A program made the position numbers and the translations under genes. A stretch of 33,887 bases of DNA from a virus (taxonomy: Duplodnaviria; Caudoviricetes): positions 1 through 33,887 of IMG/VR virus record IMGVR_UViG_3300020453_000440; one strand, written 5' to 3'. Below, piece by piece: positions 17,628 through 25,461 of this stretch; position 1 is the first letter of the stretch, and the number at the start of each line of letters is the position of its first letter. The notes beneath the pieces were generated by a model. It was not told the origin of the DNA. It searched no databases and was given only the letters and a program-made list of their open reading frames with translations.

Positions 17628-19928
17628 ATGGCAGCAGGCGGACCGGCAAAGCTAACTCTGAAGATCGGCGCCGACCTGGGCGCCAGTTTCAAGAAATCAA
17701 TTCGGCAGGCTCAGAAGCAGCTGTCGACTTTCAATCAGAACGTAAAACGAAGCATCAACGACGCCGCAACGGGAGCGTCGAGAGGCTTCAAAAACGTGAT
17801 CCGAAACGACGCTTTCCAGGCGTCAGCGGTTGCAGCTGCAGGCCTCGGCACTGTGCTGACCGGCGCCGTTCGCACGGCAATGGATTTTGAAAAATCAATG
17901 AACGCGGTGGCCGCTGTTAGCGGTGCCACGGGGCAAGACTTTAAGTCGCTCACCAACCTGGCCAAACAACTGGGCCGCACCACCCAGTTCTCAGCATCTG
18001 AGGCAGCGGGCGCCATGGAGATGCTCTCGATGGCTGGCCTCAATACTCAGCAAATGCTGGCGGCTACGGGGCCAACCTTGAACCTGGCAGCAGCTGGGGG
18101 CATCGAGCTGGCGGAGGCGGCAGACATCGCAACCAACATCATGGGCGGCATGGCCCTGAAGGTCGGCGACCTAAACACGATCAACGACGTTCTGGCCAAG
18201 ACTTCCTCAAGCGCAAACACCAACGTGACCGAAATGGCCGCAGTGTTTGAAAAGGTCGGCGGCGTGGCCCCCACCATGGGCGCATCGCTGCAGCAGGTTT
18301 CCGGCATGGCCGGCATCCTGGCCAATAACGGCATCAAAGCCGCAGAAGCTGGCACCGCCCTGCGCAACGTGATGCTGCGGATGGCCTCGGAAGACACGGC
18401 CAAAAAAGCACTCAAGAACTTAGGCGTCAGTGCTACCGATGCAGCCGGCGACATGCGGGAATTCCCCGACATCCTGGCCGACATGGAGAAGCGCATGACC
18501 GCGCTGGGCCTGTCGGAATCCGCACGGGCCGACATACAGAAAAAGGTGTTTGGCCTCAGGGCTGTTGCTGCTGGCTCGATCCTGCAGCAGGCCGCCGCAA
18601 ATGGCGAGCTTGACACCATGATTCAAAAGGTGACCGATAGCGAAGGCGCTGCGGCCAAGCAAGCCAAGACCCGTCAGAAGGGTTTGGCCGGCACCATGAA
18701 ACGGCTCAACTCAGCCTTAGAAGGCCTGGCCCTTGCCTTTGGCGGCCCCTTGCTCACGCCCATTGCGATGGCTGCCGAAGCTTTGGCGGGCCTTGCTGGG
18801 CCGATCGCTTGGTTGTTTGACAACGTGCCCGGCCTGGGCCTGGTGGTCGGCGGCCTGTCTGCTGCCTTTATCGGCATTGTCGTGGCCCTGCCAATCCTGG
18901 CTGCTCTCAAGGGCGCAATCCTGGGGCTCACGGGTGCTGCAACCGTGATGGCTGGAATCAAGGCCATCGCCCTGGGCATGGTCGCCCCGCTCAAGTTCGT
19001 GGCCTTTGGGTTCCTCAAGATGGCTGGCGCTGCGGTTGTGGCCGGCATCAAAATGGCCATTGCCTTTGCCCCGGTGATCCTTCCGATCCTTGCGGTTGCT
19101 GCTGCAATCGCTGCCGTGATTGGCATCGGCCACCTGCTGGTTAAGTTCTGGCCGCAGATCAGTGAAGCCGCCAGCACAGCATTCAACGCTGTGGTCAACT
19201 TCCTCAAAGAGCTGGGCGCCAAGATCTTTGGCGCCATCAAAGGCATTATCAAAAAACTATTTGCGATCCCCAAGGCCATCGCAAAAGTGGTGATCAAGAT
19301 GCTGGCCGCATTCATCAAAGGCTTTGCAGCCATGGGCAAGGCCGCAGCCAAGGGCGTCGCCCAGCTGGTGATGGCATATTTCCAGCTGCCGCTGACGGTG
19401 GCCAAGGTTGTCTCACAGATCATTGCCCATTTCACTGGCATTGATCTTTTCGAGGCGGGCTCGAATCTGCTCACCTCGATGTGGGAGGGCTTCAAAAACA
19501 TCTGGCCCCGTTTCAAAGATTGGCTGGTCGAGAGCTTCAAAAATGCACTAGCCGGCATCGCGGCAACCTTTGACCCCCGCAACTTGTGGCCATGGGGCAA
19601 AGATGAGGGAAATGGTGAACAGGTGACCACACCCCGGCAGAAGCGGGCCAGAGGCGGCCCAGTTTTTGCGGGCGGTTCCTATCTGGTTGGCGAGCGTGGG
19701 CCAGAACTTTTCACGCCGGGGCGCGGTGGCAACATCCTGAGCACTGGCGACACCATGGCCGCCCTGGGCGGTGGCGGGGGCAGCACTGTGAGCCTGGCGC
19801 CGACGATCAACATCACTGTGACTGAGAGCAACGCCAGCGCGGATGACATCGCTGCAGCTGTGGCCCGTGGATTGGATGATGCACTTATGGAGGCAGAGGC
19901 AGGAATGCGCGCCCTGTTGAATGACTAA
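17628..19928 (+). CDS. Tail tape measure protein (TP901-type core)
   Basis: FEKSMNAVAAVSGAT...LGRTTQFSASEAA, hydrophobic middle segment, C-terminal RARGGPV...YLVGERGPELF. Confidence 0.93.
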   Translation: MAAGGPAKLTLKIGADLGASFKKSIRQAQKQLSTFNQNVKRSINDAATGASRGFKNVIRNDAFQASAVAAAGLGTVLTGAVRTAMDFEKSMNAVAAVSGATGQDFKSLTNLAKQLGRTTQFSASEAAGAMEMLSMAGLNTQQMLAATGPTLNLAAAGGIELAEAADIATNIMGGMALKVGDLNTINDVLAKTSSSANTNVTEMAAVFEKVGGVAPTMGASLQQVSGMAGILANNGIKAAEAGTALRNVMLRMASEDTAKKALKNLGVSATDAAGDMREFPDILADMEKRMTALGLSESARADIQKKVFGLRAVAAGSILQQAAANGELDTMIQKVTDSEGAAAKQAKTRQKGLAGTMKRLNSALEGLALAFGGPLLTPIAMAAEALAGLAGPIAWLFDNVPGLGLVVGGLSAAFIGIVVALPILAALKGAILGLTGAATVMAGIKAIALGMVAPLKFVAFGFLKMAGAAVVAGIKMAIAFAPVILPILAVAAAIAAVIGIGHLLVKFWPQISEAASTAFNAVVNFLKELGAKIFGAIKGIIKKLFAIPKAIAKVVIKMLAAFIKGFAAMGKAAAKGVAQLVMAYFQLPLTVAKVVSQIIAHFTGIDLFEAGSNLLTSMWEGFKNIWPRFKDWLVESFKNALAGIAATFDPRNLWPWGKDEGNGEQVTTPRQKRARGGPVFAGGSYLVGERGPELFTPGRGGNILSTGDTMAALGGGGGSTVSLAPTINITVTESNASADDIAAAVARGLDDALMEAEAGMRALLND

Positions 19929-20389
19929 TGGCTGAAACTCTTCTCACGCTTGGTTCCTATCAGTTCTCAATGGACACAGCGGCGCATGACGCCCTGCAGC
20001 GCAGCAAAACCTACCGATGGGCGACACAGCAACGCCTAACCCGTGAGCCGGCCTCGCAGTATGTCGGGCCAGGCAAAGAAACCATCAGCATTGCTGGCAA
20101 GATTTACCCGCACTTTCGCGGTGGCCTGACTCAGATTCAGGCTCTACGGGATGAGGCCGACAGAGGCGAACCGCTGACGCTTGTGGATGGCCGCGGCAAC
20201 AACCTGGGCCAGTGGTGCATCAAAAGCATTCAAGACAAAGAAAAGGACTTTGTGCGCGAGGGCTTGCCTCGCTGCATTGAGTTTTCTGTGGCCCTTGAGT
20301 CCTATGGGCCAGACGCCAGCACCGGCAACGGCGACAACGGCGGCGACGGCGGCGGCGGATTTTTCAACTTCTTATCTTTCTTCGCTTGA
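19928..20389 (+). CDS. Tail protein gpU-like
   Basis: LLTLGSYQF...YRWATQQR...QYVGPG.ETISIAG...GEPLTLVDG.G..LGQW. Confidence 0.9.
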   Translation: MAETLLTLGSYQFSMDTAAHDALQRSKTYRWATQQRLTREPASQYVGPGKETISIAGKIYPHFRGGLTQIQALRDEADRGEPLTLVDGRGNNLGQWCIKSIQDKEKDFVREGLPRCIEFSVALESYGPDASTGNGDNGGDGGGGFFNFLSFFA

Positions 20390-20398
20390 GGTGATCTG

Positions 20399-20617
20399 AT
20401 GGCTCTCTGGTACACATGCAACGACGGCGACCAGTTGGACGCGATTTGCAAAGACATCTACGGATACAGCAGGGGCAGCACTGAGGCAGTTCTCAGCCAC
20501 GAAAGCAATCGCGAGCTGGCGCGCAAAACTCCAGACCTTGAGGCAGGTGATCAGATTTACCTGCCCGACCTGCCGCCCCAAGATTCAGGCATCACAACCC
20601 TCAACCTTTGGGATTGA
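20399..20617 (+). CDS. Tail protein gpX-like (LysM-like)
   Basis: DGDQLDAICKDIYG...AG..IYLPDL...LWD. Confidence 0.9.
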   Translation: MALWYTCNDGDQLDAICKDIYGYSRGSTEAVLSHESNRELARKTPDLEAGDQIYLPDLPPQDSGITTLNLWD

Positions 20618-20620
20618 TTT

Positions 20621-21613
20621 ATGAGACCGCGCTTCCGCTTGGACATTGCCGGATCAGATGTGACAGCTGCTGTCAGCGACCGGGTGGTGAGCATCAAGGT
20701 GAACGATCAAGCCGGGCAGAAGTCCGACACCCTCGACGTGGTGCTTGATGATCGAGACAACGCCCTAAGCATTCCAACGGCACGCGCAGAGATGGAGCTG
20801 TGGCTGGGCTACGACGACGGAGATCTGGTGAAAATGGGCCGCTACACCATCGATGAGGTGGCCCTAAAAACGAACCCTGACACTCTGACGGTGCGGGGCA
20901 AGGCGGCTGACAGCTCGCCTGAATTCAAGGCAGCTAAAACCCGCAGCTGGCATCAGCGCACCATTGGCCAGATTGTTTCCACGATTGCAACTGAGCACGG
21001 CCTAACGCCTGCGGTTCATGTCGATTACGCCGAGCGGTTGATTGAGCACATCGACCAAGAGAACGAAAGCGACGCGCATTTTCTGACGCGCCTGGGCAAG
21101 CTTTACGGGGCCGTCGCCAAGCCTGCAGATGGGCGCCTGTTGTTCATCCCTGAGGGCGCAGCAATCTCTACGAGCGGCCAAGCGTTGAGCACCGCAACGA
21201 TCCAGAAACATGAGATCACATCGATGAGCGCGACAATCAAAGAGCGCGGGCAATTTTCTGGCGTCATCACCCGCTATCGCGACAAAGAAACCAACCGTGA
21301 GGTGGAGGTCGAAACCACAGAGGCATGGCAGCTGCGCCTAGGACCGGCCCCCGTGTTTCGCGACAAAAAACTTTACACCTCGCGGGACATGGCGGAACAG
21401 GCCGGGAAAGCCCAGCTGGATCGATTAAGGGGCGGGACGGTGCAAATTGACTTCACAATGCCCGGCCGGCCCGACATATTCGCAGAAAGGCCGATAAAAC
21501 TAGAGGGGGTCAGAGATCCGCTAGACGGTGAATGGATCGTTAAAACGGTTACTCACACCTTCGGGGCAAACGGGCTTCAAACAAAAATCAGCGCCGGCTC
21601 CAAGCCTGACTGA
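20621..21613 (+). CDS. Baseplate hub / late control protein D
   Basis: SDTLDVVLDD, LWLGY, KTRSWH, HIDQENESDAHFLTRL. Confidence 0.92.
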   Translation: MRPRFRLDIAGSDVTAAVSDRVVSIKVNDQAGQKSDTLDVVLDDRDNALSIPTARAEMELWLGYDDGDLVKMGRYTIDEVALKTNPDTLTVRGKAADSSPEFKAAKTRSWHQRTIGQIVSTIATEHGLTPAVHVDYAERLIEHIDQENESDAHFLTRLGKLYGAVAKPADGRLLFIPEGAAISTSGQALSTATIQKHEITSMSATIKERGQFSGVITRYRDKETNREVEVETTEAWQLRLGPAPVFRDKKLYTSRDMAEQAGKAQLDRLRGGTVQIDFTMPGRPDIFAERPIKLEGVRDPLDGEWIVKTVTHTFGANGLQTKISAGSKPD

Positions 21614-21644
21614 TCGATAAAATGAGGCTTAAGGGGGGCCAGAG

Positions 21645-21911
21645 GTGACAGGGAAGCAAGGCTTTTGGCAGAACCTACTGAACGGCACTGGCCAGGCGCT
21701 GCCCCTTGCTGTGATCACTTCGCTGATGGCGTTCGGCACGTTGATGGTCAATGTGCAGATACAGCTGTCTGAATTGAGGCTAAAACAGGATCAAACGCTG
21801 CAGATCTTGGAACGATCTGAGCAAGCAAGAGACAAGGCGCTCGCCTGGTTAAAGGAAGAAATTGAAGACATTGAGCGACGGGTTGACCGGCTGGAAGGCC
21901 GGCGACCTTAA
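21645..21911 (+). CDS. Membrane protein with coiled-coil tail, first gene of lysis cassette
   Basis: One hydrophobic segment (ALPLAVITSLMAFGTLMV) then a heptad-like charged helix; GTG start. Confidence 0.5.
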   Translation: MTGKQGFWQNLLNGTGQALPLAVITSLMAFGTLMVNVQIQLSELRLKQDQTLQILERSEQARDKALAWLKEEIEDIERRVDRLEGRRP

Positions 21912-21928
21912 AAACAGAGGGGGAGCGC

Positions 21929-22633
21929 ATGGGATTTATTGCCCGCGCATTTGAGCATTACGAGGGCTTGCCGCATCAACGCGAAGCAATCGCCAAGCTT
22001 GAGGGGATGGTGCCCCCGCACTGCGTCGAGGCTTTCGCCAAAGTTTTCAGCCCTGACACTGAATCTGAGCGCGTCTTGCCTGTGCCATTTATGAGCCAGC
22101 TCGACAATGCACTAATGGCGCATCGGACCTGCAACCCGTCAAGCTGCGCGATGTGCCTGGAATACTTAGAGCCGGGCATGATCAACGGCGACGACGATCT
22201 GATCGTCGAAATGGAAAAGCGCGGATGGGACGTGACGAACCACACCGCGATGACCAAAATTTTGCGGCTCTACGGTCTGGAATCTGTGTTTCGCTACGAC
22301 CTGACAAAGCAGACCCTACAAAGTGAAATAGCTGCAGGCCGTCCGGTGGTTCTGGGCATCTTGCACAAAGGCCCAGCGGCTAAACCTTGGGGCGGTCACA
22401 TGATCGTTTGCGTGGGCATGGACCCAGCGGAAGACGCAGTGATTTGCCACGACCCTTATGGCTCACTTTTGGATGGCTACTCTGGAGCTGCAGAAAGTGG
22501 AAAATTTGTGAGCTATCCATGGCGCGAATTGCGCGCCCGCTGGACAGTAGAAGGCCCCGGATCTGGCTGGGGCCGCATCTTCCTAACCTCAAAAACACAG
22601 GAGACCCCAAATGACAATTTCAGAGCTGCTTAG
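21929..22633 (+). CDS. Peptidase C39-like (papain-fold) protein, putative endolysin
   Basis: LPVPFMSQ, C.PSSCAM (catalytic Cys), GRPV, GHMIVCVG (His), HDPYG (Asp). Confidence 0.8.
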   Translation: MGFIARAFEHYEGLPHQREAIAKLEGMVPPHCVEAFAKVFSPDTESERVLPVPFMSQLDNALMAHRTCNPSSCAMCLEYLEPGMINGDDDLIVEMEKRGWDVTNHTAMTKILRLYGLESVFRYDLTKQTLQSEIAAGRPVVLGILHKGPAAKPWGGHMIVCVGMDPAEDAVICHDPYGSLLDGYSGAAESGKFVSYPWRELRARWTVEGPGSGWGRIFLTSKTQETPNDNFRAA

Positions 22634-22760
22634 CAACCCTGCAACCTGGATCATCCTGGCCGCCGTGTCAGAAGTGATCGCCCTGAGCCCACTGCGCTCA
22701 AACTCGATCATTCAGCTTTTGCTGCAGGCTGCCTTCTCACTGAAGCCAAAAAAAAACTAG
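22611..22760 (+). CDS. Small holin-like membrane protein (49 aa)
   Basis: RBS CAGGAG; MTISELLSNPATWIILAAVSEVIALSPLRSNSIIQLLLQAAFSLKPKKN, hydrophobic with a basic C-terminus. Below the ORF-track cutoff. Confidence 0.7.
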   Translation: MTISELLSNPATWIILAAVSEVIALSPLRSNSIIQLLLQAAFSLKPKKN

Positions 22761-23104
22761 GAACGAACATCCCGCCAGACGGCCGTTGGCTTTTCCGCTT
22801 CAATTCCCGAAGCCCGATGGAAACGCTGCGGCGCGCTCTGGCGGCAAAAAAATTCCACGCAACGTTGGGAGGGAAACTCGATGCTGAGATTTCTAAGGTC
22901 TCTGATCTTCTGGACCGCCAAGAATCACGGAGTGACGGAGCGGCCCATGGGCTTCAAGGTGAATTCACTGAGCACCCCATCGATCCCGAAAACGTCGGCA
23001 CCCCAGCCGAAGCCCTCGGAGGCCCTCTCAGTTGGTCGCTCTCTATTAGTCGAGACGAACAGGAAACAGAGACAGGCGATGATCCGCCAGCTGGCTCTAC
23101 ATGA
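22757..23104 (+). CDS. Hypothetical soluble domain, probably expressed as a -1 frameshift extension of the 49-aa protein (or from ATG 22817)
   Basis: The -1 frame is open from the A AAA AAC site to 23104. Confidence 0.55.
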   Translation, partial: LGTNIPPDGRWLFRFNSRSPMETLRRALAAKKFHATLGGKLDAEISKVSDLLDRQESRSDGAAHGLQGEFTEHPIDPENVGTPAEALGGPLSWSLSISRDEQETETGDDPPAGST

Positions 23105-23495
23105 GGGGCTGAGGCTAAAGCCCTATAAATGCACAACAGGGGCGCTCACGATTGGGTACGGGCGAAACCTCGATGCGCGTGGCATCACTGAGGCAGAGGC
23201 CGAAATGATGCTCTCTCATGACATCGACGATTTCCAAGACCGCCTCTTGCGCGAGATCCCGTGGATGGCGGAGCTGTCACCTGTGCGCCAGAGAGTGCTG
23301 CTGGATATGGCATTTAATCTTGGCATTTCTGGCCTTCTTAAATTCCAAAGAACCCTAGCGGCCGTGCGAGGTGAGGAATACGAACGCGCCGCCGCGATGA
23401 TGCTGGACAGCCGATGGGCCACACAGGTTGGGCAGCGCGCAAAGCGCCTTAGCCGGATGATGGCCACCGGGCAGATTCCTCCAGAGCTGAAATGA
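23079..23495 (+). CDS. GH24 (T4-lysozyme-like) muramidase
   Basis: LHEGLRLKPYKCTTGALTIGYGRNL, VLLDMAFNLG, DSRWATQVGQRA; most likely start is ATG 23079. Confidence 0.9.
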   Translation: MIRQLALHEGLRLKPYKCTTGALTIGYGRNLDARGITEAEAEMMLSHDIDDFQDRLLREIPWMAELSPVRQRVLLDMAFNLGISGLLKFQRTLAAVRGEEYERAAAMMLDSRWATQVGQRAKRLSRMMATGQIPPELK

Positions 23496-23713
23496 GCGAC
23501 GCAGTCGACAGGCCGGCCCACTATGTGAAAGGGGGCGTTGAGTGCATCGACGCTGTGGACGCGGCCATTAGTGACCTGGAGGGCGTGGAGGCTCACTACA
23601 CAGCCAGCGCGATTCAGTATCTCTGGCGCTGGAAATCGAAAGGGGGCGTTGAGGATCTGCAAAAGGCCCGCTGGTATCTGAACCGGCTGATTGCGGCGGC
23701 TTCCATTGACTGA
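23492..23713 (+). CDS. DUF3310-family protein
   Basis: VDRPAHY..GGVECIDA...YLWRW..KGGVEDLQKARWYL. Confidence 0.9.
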   Translation: MSDAVDRPAHYVKGGVECIDAVDAAISDLEGVEAHYTASAIQYLWRWKSKGGVEDLQKARWYLNRLIAAASID

Positions 23714-24806
23714 GATATGCCGCGGCCTGATCGACTGCGCGCCTGCGCTCTCGTTTCATCAGGTGGCTATATCTGGCCGTTGTCGCGGTTGAGGCGTGGC
23801 CCAGCAGCTCGCCAATCACGCCCAGCGTGTGACCTGAGCTGATCAGGTAGCTCGCGAAAGTGTGGCGCAAATCATGCACCCAGAGCCCGCCCACCTGGGC
23901 GTCGGCTTTGAGGCGTGACCACGGCTTGTGATGTTCTTTGAGGTGGTTTTTTCCTCGGCCCCTTATGAGCCACTCGCCGGGCGGTTCGTGGTCCCGCAGC
24001 TCCATGACCACGCGCAGCGCGTCAGTTCCTAGCACTATCTCCCGGTGCTCGGTTCTGTCGCGTTTGTGTTTTTCCGGCCGGATCACTTGGTCGACTAAGT
24101 CGACTTCTGACCACCGGGCCGACATGATTTCGTTAAGCCTGGCGCCCGTAAGCATCAGCAGCTGGATCATGCAGGCAAACCGGAAATGGATCCCGCCTTG
24201 GGCTTTTCTTTCGCGCAGCACCGCCAGCAGGCGGTCGACTTCATCCGGCGACGCATAACGGCGACGCGCCTTTTCCCAGTGGTGTTCTATCCCCTCGCAG
24301 GGGTTGTGGTGATCGCGGGGCAGCCAGCCCCAACGCTTGGCCAGGCTCATGGCCTTGGAAAGTGTTTCAAGGCACCTGTTCGCGGTGACCTGTTGTGGAT
24401 GTGCTGCGTGCCAATCCCAGAGGGCCGCCTGGTCAATATCCTGCAGGCGCCAGCCACCGAAGGGGGCCAGCAGCAGGTGGTTGCGGAAGTATCCGCAATC
24501 ATTGAGGGCCGCCCCCGCGCTTTTCCTGGGCCGCGCCCATCGCTCCATAAAGGCAATGTGCAGGTCAGCCAACGTTTTGTCTGTTTTCCGCTCCCGCTTC
24601 ATCGCGGCTGGATCCTCCCCCGCGAGAACCGCCACACGGAGCCGTCCCGCCTTCTCCCTGGCCTTGGTGACGGACATTTGCCCCACGTCCCCCAGTTTGA
24701 GCTGACGGTCCCACCGCCCATTGAGCCCGTACCTAAAGACCCAGGATTGGCCCCGGCTGATGCACAGCCCCGGCACTTTTGAATCACTCTCCCAACGTTT
24801 CGCCAT
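23568..24806 (-). CDS. int: Tyrosine integrase with N-terminal arm-binding domain
   Basis: WESDSKVPGL...SWVFRY arm domain; catalytic TGARLNE, HDLRH, LLGH, ARY. Confidence 0.95.
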   Translation of the reverse strand: MAKRWESDSKVPGLCISRGQSWVFRYGLNGRWDRQLKLGDVGQMSVTKAREKAGRLRVAVLAGEDPAAMKRERKTDKTLADLHIAFMERWARPRKSAGAALNDCGYFRNHLLLAPFGGWRLQDIDQAALWDWHAAHPQQVTANRCLETLSKAMSLAKRWGWLPRDHHNPCEGIEHHWEKARRRYASPDEVDRLLAVLRERKAQGGIHFRFACMIQLLMLTGARLNEIMSARWSEVDLVDQVIRPEKHKRDRTEHREIVLGTDALRVVMELRDHEPPGEWLIRGRGKNHLKEHHKPWSRLKADAQVGGLWVHDLRHTFASYLISSGHTLGVIGELLGHASTATTARYSHLMKRERRRAVDQAAAYLSQWKPPQSAGSDTSGPFADPQRPLSISSARDTESRWLCSEPPRPPGH

Positions 24807-24823
24807 ATCGTTTCCCCTCGAAT

Positions 24824-25088
24824 CTCGGACCGCGCAGGGACCGCAAATTTTTCGGACCGCGCATGATCTCTGGTTATCTGCCGGGAATCATGCGCCAGGC
24901 TGTGGCGCAAGTAAATGAAAGAATTTCAACGGGTTATGACCCGGAAGGAACAACAGGGATGGCAGCCCGTAGGGGAATCGAACCCCTCTTTCCAGGTTGA
25001 AAACCTGAACGGTTTTCCACATTTCCCCAACGTTTTCAACAACTTGCGAGGTGCAGTGTGGGCCTCGGACCGCGTAGGGACCGCGTAG
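24824..25088. repeat. Integrase arm-type direct repeats flanking the att core
   Basis: CTCGGACCGCGYAGGGACCGC at 24824-24844 and 25064-25084 (1 mismatch); extra CGGACCGCGC at 24853-24862. Confidence 0.8.
24960..25007 (-). other. attP core: 3' half of tRNA-Glu(TTC)
   Basis: The minus strand reads CAGGTTTTCAACCTGGAAAGAGGGGTTCGATTCCCCTACGGGCTGCCA: anticodon arm with TTC, T-arm, acceptor 3' strand and CCA, but no 5' half. Lies upstream of int. Confidence 0.9.
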
Positions 25089-25157
25089 CAAATTCCATGG
25101 CACGGGATCAAAAACTGCGCCAGCGTGGGCCATGCACCTGTGACAACCTGCCGCACG

Positions 25158-25442
25158 ATGACTTGCAGAATTTGCCCAAAGTGTGAGGCCAAGTTTATGG
25201 ATGGCCAGCTTTTTTGGTCAACTGGGCAGAAGGGCGACCCTGAGGTTTTGGCCAATCTGGTCTGCGATCTCCCCCAGGTGCAGAGGGGCGGCGGGTGCAT
25301 CAATCAATTCAAAAGCAACCCCGCAAAAGACACATGGGAAAAGCGCCGGGCGTTTGCTGATGCAATGGCTGATGAGATGGACCTGCCAGCTGGCAGCAAA
25401 GATTTTGAGCCTCGGGATTTTCTGCCGGGGTTCGACGACTGA
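25158..25442 (+). CDS. Cys-rich hypothetical protein of a type recalled from cyanophages
   Basis: CPKC.A...GQLFWSTG..G....LANLVC...GCIN...DTWEKR; family recalled from memory. Confidence 0.65.
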   Translation: MTCRICPKCEAKFMDGQLFWSTGQKGDPEVLANLVCDLPQVQRGGGCINQFKSNPAKDTWEKRRAFADAMADEMDLPAGSKDFEPRDFLPGFDD

Positions 25443-25461
25443 ACAGCGATACCCTGAGCCT

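Noticed and set aside
17735-19630. Long antisense ORFs in the tape measure gene (and similar ones across the window)
   Set aside because: Expected antisense shadows of GC3-rich coding sequence.
22881-23078. Long N-terminal extension of the lysozyme
   Set aside because: It overlaps another plausible ORF, and the lysozyme motifs begin right after ATG 23079.
24960-25035. Complete tRNA-Glu gene
   Set aside because: Only the anticodon arm through CCA is present; there is no D-arm or 5' acceptor strand, so it is treated as the att core.
24824-25088. CRISPR-like or iteron array
   Set aside because: The repeats are short, irregularly spaced and flank an att core, which fits integrase arm sites better.
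25183-25461. N-terminal half of the 179-aa ORF call
   Set aside because: It is a shadow of the Cys-rich gene; the likely start is ATG 25462.
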